Assembly (NCBI GenBank): GCA_951804945.1
Contig: OX638149.1
Coordinates: 31,372,001-31,436,000 of the forward strand
Source of the DNA: Podarcis cretensis
Lineage: Eukaryota
Length of the DNA: 64,000 nucleotides
Direction of reading: 5' to 3'
This document shows, in pieces, positions 35,510 through 47,949 of the stretch. Position 1 is the stretch's first letter, and each line of letters starts with the position of its first letter. A model generated the notes under the pieces. The model ran no database searches. It had not been told where the DNA came from and saw only the letters and a program-made list of their open reading frames with translations. The translations under genes and the position numbers were made by a program.

Positions 35510-37154
35510 GTAACAAACAGGGAGTTACCTGACATTTCTTGCCAAGTGTTGTAAGAGATCATTCTGGTTCCCTTTTCTTCTTTTTGTGCAACTGCTTCAC
35601 TGCTGCCCCACAGTTCTTCCTAAGCTCATTAACCTTTGACTCACAGATGCTCCAGTCCCTCTAGCTGTGATTTACGCTCAGCAGGATGCCTTTATTCCCA
35701 GAGTCCTTTGCTCTGGTACTCGTGCGCCTGCATCTGGGCCAAGGGAGCCAGTCACTGCAAGGATCATTTGATTTCTCTTGTTATCAACTTGGCAATTAAC
35801 AAAAGAGCTGGTGATTGCTGTATTGACTGGTCGGGAGTTCCATTTTTCTGTCTCAGCTATCTCAGCCCAAGGAAGTGAGGGCAGAGGGATGGGTTAGTGG
35901 TATTTATTTATCACTACACCATGTTTTGTGTTTGTGTTGCCAGAGGAGGTAAGGGGTGATAATGGCACGGCAGTCCTTGGACATCCAATTTCCCTTATCA
36001 GGCCACTGAATAGAAAAGAGGCCGCAGGCCACATTAATTAACAGATACCAATCAGCTGTCACGTGTTGTGTGTGCGTGTGTGAGGCCTGATGGGTAGGAG
36101 GGAGAGATCGATAAAGCACTGGGGAGGAGTACCAGAAGAAATAAGAGGACAGCTGAAGAGGAGGCTGGGACATCAGGGACATGAGCTGCAAAACCAACCC
36201 TTCTTGGCGAGTCTGAAGATGGAAAGGAGCTAGGCTAGACAACCAGGCTGCAGTGCATTGCTGACCACAACCCAGTGCTTTGCCCTGTATATGTCTGAAT
36301 AACAACAAGCTGCCCTTTTAGCAAGGGAGCTGTGCTCTTCTGCTGCTAATCCACATTTATGTAGCAAGAAAACTATGCTCAGAAGTTCTGCTGGAGACCT
36401 GTAAGCTATTCATCGCACTGACTTATTACGGTCAGTTCATTTATGCTTGACGATGTCCTAATGGAGGAAGGCGCTTCCATTCCATAACCAAGAACCATCA
36501 AAACGAAATAATAATCCAGCCAGTTTAGCAGTTACAGAAAAAGTTCAATCTTTTCTGAGCCAGACAAGCACACATCATTTGAAACAGTGTAAGGGATTAA
36601 ACATCCCAACCACACAGAACAAGCAGTGCATGAGGTATTTGATCTGGTATCTCAGGGTCTCTTCACTCATTACACTAGGGATTTTAAGTGTATGCCTAAA
36701 GTGTGCAGCGTGAATGTGACAAACACACACTTGAAAATGTGTTTCACACAGGTACGTGAAACAGAGAACTGTTGATAGTAGATCCCTACCAAGTGTAGAC
36801 ACACTTCTATAATGGGCAAAGAACACCCTGCCACTCCAAGTTCACATCCTGAGCATTGTGCTCAACACTGTAGCTGCGTCTCCGGGACGAAGCAAGAGCA
36901 CTTTCTCACCAACTCTGTCCAGAGAGGATGGTGAAATCCTCTTTGTCAGATTCAGACCTGATAGCTGTCATTCATGTTGCATCTCCTTGATATCCAACTG
37001 GCTAATGCAAGGTGTTCTATAGGGGGCTGGCATAAAAATCTTCTCTTTTACAACAGAGGGAATTAAACAGTGGGATTCCTAATGCATCTGAGCAGAGAGC
37101 AGATCACATGCTGTGCAAGAAATGACCGCTCCCCACTTAAAACGGGGGGCGCCC

Positions 37155-37977
37155 TTTGCGGGGACGCGTGCAGCCCTGGATCTGGAGTGGCCCCATCAGC
37201 ATAGGCTTTGCCTTCCCTCAGGTGGGATACCTGGAGGTCCCCGCCTACCCCAGTGAGTTGTCCAATCCCACCTGGGGGAAGCGTTGCCAGGGAAACCAGG
37301 CCAGGTAGGGGGAGGGATTACCTGCCCACACAATAGAGGGTGGATCTTAATTGTTAATCCTCACTTGGCTCCAGAGCTTCTCCCACCCTACCCACCCTCA
37401 GTTAATGCTTTCTTTTGCAGGTTATCTTTTCTTCATAGGTTTTGCCGGTTAACCTTTCTTCACAGGTATGCGGGCGCTGCTACGATAAGGTCGCTGTTAA
37501 AGGGCCGGAAAGGAATTTCCCTGCATTGGCAGGTTTCGCCTTTCCCGTAGCAAAACGTCACAACTTTGGCAGTATCAGGCCTTGGGCGGAATCCTTTAGT
37601 CCATCTTCCTCTTTGCGGCGGCGATACCAGGGTTCCCCGTTAAAGGGGTTTTTTGAAGGGAGGCTTTGGCCGTACGCCGAAAGGTCGTCATTGCTCTCCC
37701 CTGCGGCGGCGTAACGGGGGCGGCTATCTCTGCTTGAACATATGTTCTCCAGAGCCGGCCCATCCCCCACACACACACTGGATAACCCTGATGCTCCCTA
37801 GGTCCCCGGCTGGGGACTAGGGAGGGAGAACGCCCAATGCCTGAGCCAAGGTCTACCCACATTTGAAATTTAATAAAGTTGTGGCCAATTTAATCCCATA
37901 GCACGTTGTCTAGAGTCGTTATTCCACATGACGGGGGGGACCACTCGGGATCTGGGGACTCCGCCTGTCCACGCAAA
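37155..37977 (+). mobile_element. Unclassified CpG-rich insertion, possibly a DIRS/Ngaro-type terminal repeat or a solo LTR
   Basis: Abrupt rise in CpG content; termini TTTGCGGGGAC / GTCCACGCAAA are inverted (10 of 11); AATAAA at 37872; no TSD found. Confidence 0.4.
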
Positions 37978-38429
37978 TGCTATGCCCGCTGCGGATACCA
38001 GACTGTGAGCAAACAATGAAAGCACCGAAGTGCTGAGATCAACGTCCCCCAATCTGGTGTCCTGAATGTGTTTTGGACCACAATGCCCATCAGACCCACG
38101 TGTTGGCTGAGGCTCGCTGATAGGTTCACAGCTCTTTCCCTCAGCATCACCAACAGGGTGGGTTCTTTCATAAACCACAAGGAGGGCTATGAATTCATGG
38201 GGTTTCAATTCTGGCTCAGCACTCTTTGAGACCAGTGCTTTTAAGTTAGTAATAAATTATCTGGAATCAAGATAAACCTAAGTCTGTGGTTGACACCAGT
38301 TATTCAAGATGGTTTAAACCACAACAAACTATAAGAATGCCAACAGAATAACTACTTGTGAAGGAGCTGTACCACTCAGGGAAAAGATCTTGGACTAGTA
38401 GTGGAAAGCTCACTGAAAAAAACGGTCAA

Positions 38430-38730
38430 ATCAGTGTACTGTGGGAGTGAAAAAGGCAAATCCTGTGTTAGGAAGAATGAGTGGATGAGAATTAAAGGAG
38501 CTGAAAATAAAATGATTGCTACAATAATGCTATTATATAAATCTGTGGTGTAAATGGGCTTACAATACTGCATGCAGATTGGTTGCCCTTTTTCAAAAAG
38601 GCACCATAGAATTGGAAGAGGGATAGAATAAGGCAGCTAAAATGGCCAGAGGGTTAGAGCATCCTCCCTATAAGAAAGGAATATTTGGATGATCTGTTGT
38701 GTTTAGAAAAAGATGTCAAAGGGGACATAT
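38430..38730 (+). mobile_element. Old CR1-type LINE fragment
   Basis: Degraded LYKS.V...L.YC.Q.W.P..KK...ELE...R.A.KM..GLE..PY motif region. Confidence 0.55.
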
Positions 38731-38834
38731 CCAAGGTCACCCAGTGAAAATGATTAGCTCTAGGCTCGGGTCATTTTTTTAAATGCATGCATAACCAGTT
38801 TATGGTGAAGGCCACCAGCTTATGCATCTTTCTT

Positions 38835-39025
38835 GTTGTTGTTGTTGTTTAGTCGTTTAGTCGTGTCCAACTCTTCGTGACCCCATGGACCAGAGAACGC
38901 CAGGCACTCCTGTCCTCCACTGCCCCCCGCAGCTTGGTCAGACTCATGCTGGTAACCTCGAAAACACTATCCAACCATCTCATCCTCTGTCGCCCCCTTC
39001 TCCTTGTGCCCTCCATCTTTCCCAA
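38835..39025 (-). mobile_element. Short BovB 3' fragment with TSD
   Basis: MLGKMEGTRRRGRQRMRWLD...VHGVTKS; (CAA)n tail; TSD catctttctt at 38825-38834 and 39026-39035. Confidence 0.9.
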
Positions 39026-40095
39026 CATCTTTCTTAAAAATAAAAAAATTAAACACACCAGAATATATAGACCTATAAATCTATGGCTCTAAACTAAAAT
39101 GGAGATGGCTAGTATCTCTATCATGCCCTGTTTGGAGGCATCTGAGAACTGATCCAAATGATGGCTGGAGTGGCTAACTTTCCAGCTCCATCAGGCACAC
39201 ATTCCAGAAACATGGAATCTGTCCTGTGAGAACAAGGGTGGGGAATCTGAAGTTCTCCTGATGTTGCTGGACTACAACGCCCATCATTCAGTCTTCACCA
39301 TTGGCCATCTTGGCTGGAGGCCACAGGTTCCTCCTCATCCATGTATTAGAAAATTCTTGCATGCGCCACATTGCTACAAATAAAGCACATTACTTCATCC
39401 TTTCTTACAGAGAAGCATGCATAAGCTCCTCTTGGCAGTATCCCAACTGAACTTCACAGATTCCCTCTGAAACCTGTAGTATTTGTACCCATGGGTGTAG
39501 AAACCTATTCTTTTTTAGACATTTGGCAGCAGGAGCTACCAGAATCTTTAGAGAGAGGGGGAGAGAGAGAAGAGAGAGAGAAAACACATAATTTGTGGCA
39601 AGTGGAGTTCATAATCTGTTAATTTATTATCATCTCTGTCATCCTGGAGGGCCATTAGCAGCTGTAATAAAGAGAGATGTAATCATAGGATCTGAGGCCA
39701 CTCTAGACACAGCTGCTGTCACTCCACTAGCCATATTTCATCCTGTGCGAAGCTCTCGTCTTCCCAGCAAGAGCAGCAGCAAAACAGTCACCCAAAGAGC
39801 CCCTGTCATCACCCCTCAACAGAAGTCTCCTCTTCCTGCAGGGAGACACAGTGATGGGGAACCAAGGTACAGGTGATTAATGCAGGGGCTGGGTGTGAAG
39901 CAGGAAGAAAGGGGAGTCCTGTCCAGAGGGGAAGACAGCCTTGGTAGGGAAGTAATAATATTTGCTGAACACTATTAAAATGTATTCCCCCCCCCGAATT
40001 GCTGAAGAGTGGCTTCAAGCTTAATTGGACCCATGTGCTGACACCACTGAGAGGGTCCTTACACAGTTGTTTGTCTGAGACAAGTTTAGGAATTA

Positions 40096-40416
40096 CAGTG
40101 GTGCCTTGCAAGACGAAATTAATCCGTTCCGTGAGGCTCTTCGTATAGCGGTTTTTTCGTCTTGCGAAGCAACCACTTTGACAGCTTAGCGGATTAGCGC
40201 TATTAGCGGTTTAGCGGCTTTTAGCGGATCAGCTGATAAGCGGCTTAGGAAAAGGGGGGGAAAAGGGGGGAAACCCCACAGGAACTCGCAAGACATTTCG
40301 TCTTGCGAAGCAAGCCCATAGGGAAATTCGTTTTGTGAAGCGCCTCCAAAACGGAAAACCCTTTCGTCTAGCGGGTTTTCCGTCTTGCGAGGCGTTCGTC
40401 TTGCGGGGCACCACTG
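40096..40416. mobile_element. Tc1/mariner MITE, family A (second copy, intronic)
   Basis: Same TIRs, TA TSD and body as 684-1035. Confidence 0.85.
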
Positions 40417-41535
40417 TAATGCAAACCTGAAAGTTGTGTCCATGTACACACATACTCACAGCTTTCAGAGATTTCACTGGACGAAATCAACATATTGCCT
40501 TATTATTCAGAAACTTAGGACCTAACTATATTGTTACCCTTAGATCATTCTTCCTTTTCTATCATGCTGTCAACTCACTCTGGGCCTGTCCACACTGAGT
40601 ATTATTTAGCTATTAATTCACACACGCCATTTGAATTAGCTTTGGGTTTGTCTGTGAGGAGCAACTTTGTGGACTTTTCCATTGCAAAATTTCAAAACAA
40701 TGGGAAAGGATTCCACAAAATGGTACATCGGCACACTTTGCTTTGAGAAGTAATGGGGCAGGATGTGATCAAGTGCTCTCCAGTGAAATGCAACCACAAT
40801 TTGCACTGTAATCAGGCAAGTAACAAATGTACTACTGGGGGGGGGGGGGCAATGCTCCACATCTTTCTAGACAAACAGACAGAAATGAAAGTGTGATTAT
40901 ATCTAACCTGCTTGGAAAATGTGGTATCTCCACAACAGCAGCTCTACCTAGTCAGCAACTGTTTGGATTGTGTACTGAAAATGGGAAAGTACACTGACCT
41001 CACAAATGTTCTTGCAGGAAGGGGCCTCATCAATATGGAGATGGTGGCCTGAGTATTAACAAGTTGTCGTCTGGTGTAGTTTGTTATTATCCTTCCTGCT
41101 AATTCTTCCCAGCTGCTGGGTTAGTGGAGCAATCCAGACAGAGTTTCCTTAATCAACAGCATTACACCGTTTGTGCTGAATCAGGCCCTGGCAGATTGTG
41201 CAGCCAGTGAGTGGGGTAATCCCTGTTATGACAGGCCTCCTTCAAGAAGGGCACCACTGGGATTAAGATTTGCTGAGAAGCAGTATCCAAAGACTGAGCT
41301 CCTTTCCCAAGTACCCATCAGCTGGAGTTTTCTCAGTTCAAAGCTAAAGCTATAAGATAATCGCAAGCATCTAAAGATACATTAATTTACACCAATAAAT
41401 CAATAACTGCATTGGAATTCTGATTGAAAGCGAGGAGTCTGTTGTAAACTAGGAGTCCTCTCATAACCTCTATTTTCTATTGAACTCGGGTTCTCCTTGA
41501 GGCTGCTTCGCATGGTTAAAAGAGCAGCAAAAAAC

Positions 41536-41572
<37 letters not shown>

Positions 41573-41842
41573 ATTCCCACTTCAATTTGTTGTTTCTCGT
41601 AATGTGCAACAAGAGGGGTACATCCCTCCAAGGCTGCTCACAGATTAAAGATTCCCATTGCATTTTTATTCCATTTGCAAAATGTGGGGACTGAAGCTGC
41701 AAAATCTTGGGGGTTTTTTTACACACAAAATTTCAGAGTTCCTCATCAGACAATGGCAGCTTCCCTGTTGAAAAGGATAAACTAGTGCCCATGACGGTAA
41801 GTTGCTACAACCATTTTTTGCCCCCCAACCTTAACTTCTTAC

Positions 41843-42004
41843 CTGGGATGTGCTTTGCCCAGCCAATGATCACCACCAGCTCTCTGTCTGCCAAATCACA
41901 GAGCGTGGTCAGAGCTTTTATGTCACTCTCCGGCATGGTAGGGTCAGGCATAGCATAAATCTTTTCCGGCTCTGCCACCAACAAGTGGGAGACGATCTTG
42001 GTCA
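41843..42004 (-). CDS. ESRRB: ESRRB exon, start of the ligand-binding domain (162 nt)
   Basis: Encodes (L)[53 protein letters not shown](G); acceptor tttgcag|TG, donor CAG|gtaaga. Confidence 0.96.
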
Positions 42005-42116
42005 CTGCAAATTCCAAAACAGAAATCAGTATGTACATCTGACGAACCTACGCAAGTAGCTTAAAACTCCACTGTCTGAAATAAAGGTGAGATTATTTTT
42101 GCTTGGGAATGCCAGG

Positions 42117-42320
42117 TATGTAGGAAACTGGCTCCTGCCTGATCATACTGTTTGTTTCTCTAGCACAGGATTGCCTTATCGGAGTTGTGAACAGCTCTCC
42201 AGAGACCATGGCGGAGGTCTTTCTCATCACATGCTACCTGCTCCTTTTTAAACTGGAGGCCCCAGGGATTGAACCTGCAACCTTTTGCATGCAAGGCATG
42301 TGCCCTACCACTGAGCTACG
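42117..42320 (-). mobile_element. tRNA-Ala-derived SINE
   Basis: Minus strand starts gtagctcagtggtagggcacatgccttgcatgcaaaaggttgcaggttcaatccct, similar to tRNA-Ala(TGC). Confidence 0.7.
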
Positions 42321-42734
42321 ATCGGTCCCTGATCCTATCATAGATATTTACATGTGTTAATTACTGATATACCTAAGCATCCTTTGCCAAGATATAAGTT
42401 TCCATTCTGAACACTCTGCATATTTCAACTGATAATTGTTTTACCGTGTATTCTGGCTAATTAATACTGATAGGAAGCTCACATATGGACATTCCGGCTG
42501 GAATAAATGGGGAATCTTCTGACATGGGGGGAAATGCAGGGGAAACGGCTTAAGGAAACACCCCTATGGAAATTAAAATAAACTACAGTCTATTTCTCAT
42601 GTCTGCTTCAAATATTTTCCCAACTTTCTATTGTAAAATACTGATTTTTGGAAAGTGAAGTGGCTCTTAGTGTGTTTGAGTCCACTGGTACATTAATGGA
42701 GGGCACCTCATCCTGTTCTGACCACTCTCTAGAA

Positions 42735-43137
42735 CAAGGGTCAGCAACCTTTTTCAGCCATGGGCCGGTCCACCATCCCTCAGACCATGTGGTGGGCCAG
42801 ACTATATTTTGGAAAAAAAATATGAACGAATTCCTATGCCCCACAAATAACCCAGAGACAAATGTTTTGTGTTACTGGGAAGGCAGGAATTCTGTATTGA
42901 TTTGCTATGGATGTTTGTATGTGATGCCAATAAAAGGTTTGATGATGATGAAATAACCCAGAGATGCATTTTAAATAAAAGCAAACATTCTACTCATGTA
43001 AAAACACCAGGCAGGCCCCACAAATAACCCAGAGATGCATTTTAAATAAAAGGACACATTCTACTCATGTAAAAACACGCTGATTCCCAGACCATCCGTG
43101 GGCCAGATTTAGAAGGCGATTGGGCCACCTACCCCTG
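42735..43137. mobile_element. hAT (Charlie-type) non-autonomous element with a nested 92-bp retroposon
   Basis: Perfect 8-bp TSD ctctagaa (42727-42734 and 43138-43145); CAAGGGT...ACCCCTG ends; internal repeat of about 60 bp. Confidence 0.85.
42859..42950 (+). mobile_element. Extremely 5'-truncated non-LTR retrotransposon with (TGA)n tail, clade unassigned
   Basis: AATAAA then tgatgatgatg; flanked by 14-bp TSD aaataacccagaga (42845-42858 and 42951-42964). Confidence 0.75.
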
Positions 43138-43516
43138 CTCTAGAACATGCAGCTGACCACTGGTGCTGTAGGACCAGCACAGAGGGTGCAGTCTGTGTGG
43201 CTTGGCTGAACTCTGACACAAGGTACTCTTGGTGGGAAGGGTGATATATCTTTTCCAGGGATAGTTTCTCCACCTCAAGCCAAAGTGCTAGTAGCTGGGC
43301 AGACATTAGAATAAGATCTATGAGCAATGAAGCAAGACCTTCCGAGAACTAAGACGCTTTCCCATTTTTGCTTAGGTGTGCACCGAAGATGTCTTAAGTG
43401 TAAGGTATCAAAGCAAAAAGCACAGGTATCATACAGGTATAGGCACCAGGGAATCTGATAGGCTAAATCTCCCCCACTGAGTTCAGACTCAGTGGCAAGC
43501 TCAGGATTTCCTCTGC

Positions 43517-43517
<1 letters not shown>

Positions 43518-43555
<38 letters not shown>

Positions 43556-43833
43556 TATTATTTATACCCCACCCATCTGGCTGGGCTTCCCCAGCCACTC
43601 TGGGCGGCTTCCAACAAAATATTAAAATACAGTAATGAATCAAACATTAAAAGCTTCCCTAAACAGGGCTGCCTTCAGATGTCTTCTAAAAGTCTGGTAG
43701 TTGTTCTCTTTGACATCTGGTGGGAAGGTGTTCCACAGGGCAGGCGCCACTACCGAGAAGGCCCTCTGCCTGGTTCCCTGTAACTTGGCTTCTCGCAGTG
43801 AGGGAACCACCAGAAGGCCCTCGGCACTGGACC
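43518..43833 (-). mobile_element. Young L2 3' fragment with (AAT)n tail
   Basis: Reverse complement of the 34120-34440 region with subfamily-specific differences. Confidence 0.88.
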
Positions 43834-44227
43834 ATGTGTGAAATGCCCCAATAATAGATTCTACAATGCATGGAGCATAGAGATCTATGATGAATAGGTT
43901 GCCAGGCAGCTAGCAGGATCATGCAAAGCTGGAGAATCATCATGGTGAGATGGGTAGGCCATCATCTTCACCTGCAAGCTGATCTCTTGTAGATTTAGGG
44001 AAAGGCCAAGTGCTCCCTTAAACCATGTATCTGAACAATTGCCCTCGGTTTCAGTTTCAGAAAAGTCTCAGAGGACACTAATTCATGTGGCTCCCTAATT
44101 AACACAGCTGAGAACTGGTTTCCTATGAGGAACACTCAGGGAGAGCAGCACAACCCCACAGCACTATGTTAGGGGAAAGGAAATGGAGAGCTTGCCCCAG
44201 GCAACAGAGTGTGATACCGGCACTTAC

Positions 44228-44338
44228 ATGGCTTTTTGGCTGGAGGAGGAATCTGTAAGCTCAAATAAGTGCTGCTCTCAGAATCCAATCTCCTTTTGTA
44301 CTTTTGACGGCCTCCACGAACTCGATCCAGGCGGACCC
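44228..44338 (-). CDS. ESRRB: ESRRB exon, C-terminal extension of the DBD and hinge (111 nt); absent from the supplied ORF track
   Basis: Read manually: (G)[36 protein letters not shown](L); acceptor gcctacag|GG, donor CAT|gtaagt. Confidence 0.96.
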
Positions 44339-44801
44339 CTGTAGGCAAAAGAGGAAGGAAATCTTAAGGCCTTTTTTTTTTTTTTTAGTGGATTCAGATA
44401 TGTTTCCTTATTCTTAACAGGTATATTTGTATGCACATGCACTCCTATTGATTCCTATGCACGTGGGCTGCAGTTCTAACTACGCATCCTAGGGAGTAAG
44501 CCTCACCGAGCCCAATGGGATTTACTTCTGAGTAGGCGTGTTTAGGATTGCACTGCCAATGAAGAGAAAAACTGATAAGAGAAATTGACTGATGGAACAA
44601 TCCCTCCTGGAAGTGGGGCAGATAGGATAGAACTTGAGATGTCCGTTCACCCAATTCTGTCTGGCTGTGCCAGTGGCGGGGGGGGGGGATAACCATCCAA
44701 TAACATCACATATGCAAATCATGATGGATGCTTAATAAATAGGATGTCTGCAGGGGCCCTTAGAATGAAACTTTTCATTTACTCAGTTTCTGCATTCACA
44801 C

Positions 44802-45243
44802 CAGGAATGGATGGATCTGTCAATTTTGGTTTGTCTCAGTTTTTCAGTTTCCTATTCTTAAGTTCAGTTTTCCACATTAAAAAAAAATTAAAAAAACAAA
44901 CAAACAAAAAATCCACATGAGAATTCATCAGCATTCTAACACAAGTTTCTCCTAATTCACATCTTTCTGTATGCAATTTTGCCTAATATACACATTCCTG
45001 CAAATCACTCCCCCCCCTAATATAATGCATTTTTGTATGCTATCTTCATTAAACAGGTGCAGTTATAGACACCCTTTATCCTGCTATGTGCATTTTTATA
45101 CAATTATTTGGCTGGGGAACGGTGTTAAAAATTCAGAGAAGTATGGATTTTGAAGGATGGCTGTGTTTCAGTTTGCGTATTGTTTCGGTAAGTACAAATT
45201 AGGTGGGTTTTCTTTAACAAAATCTAATTTCTCCCTCATCTGT
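44802..45243 (-). mobile_element. Family H hAT-like element
   Basis: Collinear with the 18285 and 61390 copies. Confidence 0.6.
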
Positions 45244-46953
45244 AGCCACCAGCAATTGGCCTGATGTGAGTCTGTCGGCTGCGCCAACCTGGAAATGGCA
45301 TGTGGGGGCAGGAGAAGACGTTATTTTCCAGTGCAACCGGTGGGACTCCAGACGTAGCAGTTGCTCCACTACTCTGTTAAATCCTGCTGCCACCCACCAG
45401 GAATTTGGATTGCTCTGTGAAATATCTTTCTTAAAATATACACAGATATCCCTTCTCCCCCACCCAGTTGATGAAAAAAGGGACAAAAACAAACAATGCA
45501 CTTTTAAACATCAGAGCTTCGTACCTTTTCACCCTCCTATTAGCATCTCAACCCAGTGAGGTAGAAATGTTTCTATAGTGTTTGTGAAATAATATCCAAG
45601 CAAATAGAATGACAGGCAAGACCCAGTTCCCAGGAAACCAACCTGACTAGCATTGACTAACCCAACACTATACAGGCAGCCTGTCATCATCAGTACCTTT
45701 GAAATAACTGCACTCTCCAAGAATACTCTCCCAAATCATGCACTTAAGATCTTGGCCATGAGCAAATGGCCAAAGTGTTACACCAAAGTGTTGCTGTTTT
45801 TGTTATGCATATGAACACCACTTGTCTGCAACTTTACCAGCACAATGAATTGGATGCTCATTTGCACACTCTAAACTGTTTTGAGGTGCGTGTGTGTGTG
45901 TTTGTGTTTACACTCTAGTGGTATATAGAATTTGGGAAATAAATGAATAAATTCATTATAAAAACCCGTAGGGCTCTCACACCCTGGTCAGGGTCAAAGA
46001 AGTGTGCAGACATTCACTTTCCCTTTGTACCCACTGAATCTATGTTATTTATTCCCTAACATTTATATACTATTTGATTATAAAAGAAAACAACCTCACA
46101 GTGGTTTACAAATATGTGGGAAGGGGTTAAAGTGGGACTGTATCTGGTGGCCATGCCCACCACTGTCACGTGTTTGGCATTGGTGTGAAGTGGGCCTTAT
46201 TCACTTTGCACCCTTTTGCACTAATATTGAGCCTTCAGTGCTAGGGGCATGGCCAGCTGATGCTCTGGCATTGGGGGGCATGGCCTGTATGCGTGGCCCT
46301 GCTTCTCCCCATATCTTCATTGGATGAGTGAGGTGTGAATGCCTGTAGGGCAAGATGTACACTGGCGTACACTGGAACACCAGTGAAACTAATTTCCACT
46401 GCAAGTCCCAAGTGTGTAGTAACAGGGCATTTAGATATAGCAAAAGGGGAAAGGTGAGGAACCAGTGGAGGGAGTTATGCTATTTTTACCAAGCAGAATC
46501 ATGCACATATAAGCGTGTTGTCCTCGGTGCTTGGCTAGGAAGGTGGCTGCACAGGTTGCAAAGGTATTAGGCACCCTCAATCAGATTAGAGAAACACAAA
46601 AGGACTTAAGTGCATTAAAAGAGATAAGCAAGAGAGAGGGAGAGAGGGAGATGCAAGGAGATTTACCCTCCATCCCTCTTTTCCTTGCTGAGTAGATATG
46701 TCTATTCATCCAAGGACATTAGCTCGTTAATTTCAAAGGAGAGACTCTGTTCTCCTCCTGTCCCTCCATCCTGTTTGACACTCCTTCAGGCAAGCACTTT
46801 AAATAAGGTCACAGTTGTTGTTTCATCCAAACAGTCATCATCATGGCCAGCGTTAAAGAGACAGTGTGTGCAGACTAAACTCTCCCGCTCAGCTGTTGCT
46901 GTTGCTATGCAGAAGAATTACTATGTGCTCTAGCAGCAAACCTCACCATTTTT

Positions 46954-46954
<1 letters not shown>

Positions 46955-46986
<32 letters not shown>

Positions 46987-47040
46987 GAATTAAAACCCCA
47001 CTCATCTGGCTGGGTTTCCCCAGCCACTCTGGGTAGCTTA
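46955..47040 (-). mobile_element. L2 3' tip with (CAA)n tail
   Basis: catctggctgggtttccccagccactctggg matches the L2 terminal stem-loop region. Confidence 0.7.
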
Positions 47041-47714
47041 TGGCATATAAAACTGTAAAACATTTATATACTGAACCTACAGTGTAAAAGACACTGACGT
47101 GAGATCCCTACTCCAAAGAGCTTACAATCTCTGCAGAAACGAAAGGCACTGCAATCCAGCAGCTAGGAGGTAATGTTTGGCAGGGCCCTGAGCTGTTTCA
47201 TAAGTTGCTCTCAGAATAGTGAAAAGAAGAAACTTCTTTTGCTAATGCATCTGAGAAAGGAACTGAGAAAGAAACATGGGCCGTGCTAATTTTCTAGAAA
47301 TGATGCAACCACATTGATTTGGGGATGAATGAGGTGCTGCTTGGTGGCCTGGGGAGGTGGAATAAGCTTCGCTGGCTGGCGACTGGGGGCAAAGCTCTGT
47401 GGCCTGCCCTCGCCACTCAATGCAGGGCAGCTGCTCCTCTCCCCCCCCCCCCCCGCTGTGTCCAGTGTGGCAACTTCTGAGGAGAAATGCCCCCCTGAAA
47501 GGCAGGGAAAGGGTCAGCCAAGGCCATAAGCCTCCAAAGGTGGTGTGAAGCAGCTTGTTTTCCTTCGCTACCGGCCATTGGAGTGGTGCCACTGAACTCC
47601 TCTATCTAGGCTCCTCTGCCCTAGGCTTTTTGGCGGGAACCAGGCTGCGGTGTCATCCTCACCCCCAGCTAAAGGAACCCAAAAGAAGAAGAGGAGGAGG
47701 AGGAGGAGGGGGAG

Positions 47715-47949
47715 TTTGGATTTGATATCCCACTTAATCACTACCCGAAGGAGTCTCAAAGCAGCTAACAATCTCCTTTCCCTTCCTACCCCACAACAAA
47801 TACTATGTGAGGTGAGTGGGGCTGAGAGACTTCAGAGAAGTGTGACTAGCCCAAGGTCACCCAGCAGCTGCATGTGGAGGAGCGGGGAAGCGAACCCGGT
47901 TCACCAGATTACGAGTCCACCGCTCTTAACCACTACACCACACTGGTTT
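47715..47949 (-). mobile_element. MIR/Ther1-derived squamate SINE (Squam3-like)
   Basis: Minus strand ccagtgtggtgtagtggttaagagcggtggactcgtaatctgg..ggttcg (tRNA head) and CORE-like gtgaccttgggctagtcac; CpGs retained. Confidence 0.75.

Noticed and set aside
37635-37655. Hairpin plus T-run resembling a bacterial or T7 intrinsic terminator (vector contamination?)
   Set aside because: The stem is only 4 bp and there is no other vector or phage sequence; it sits inside a longer eukaryotic repeat-like element.
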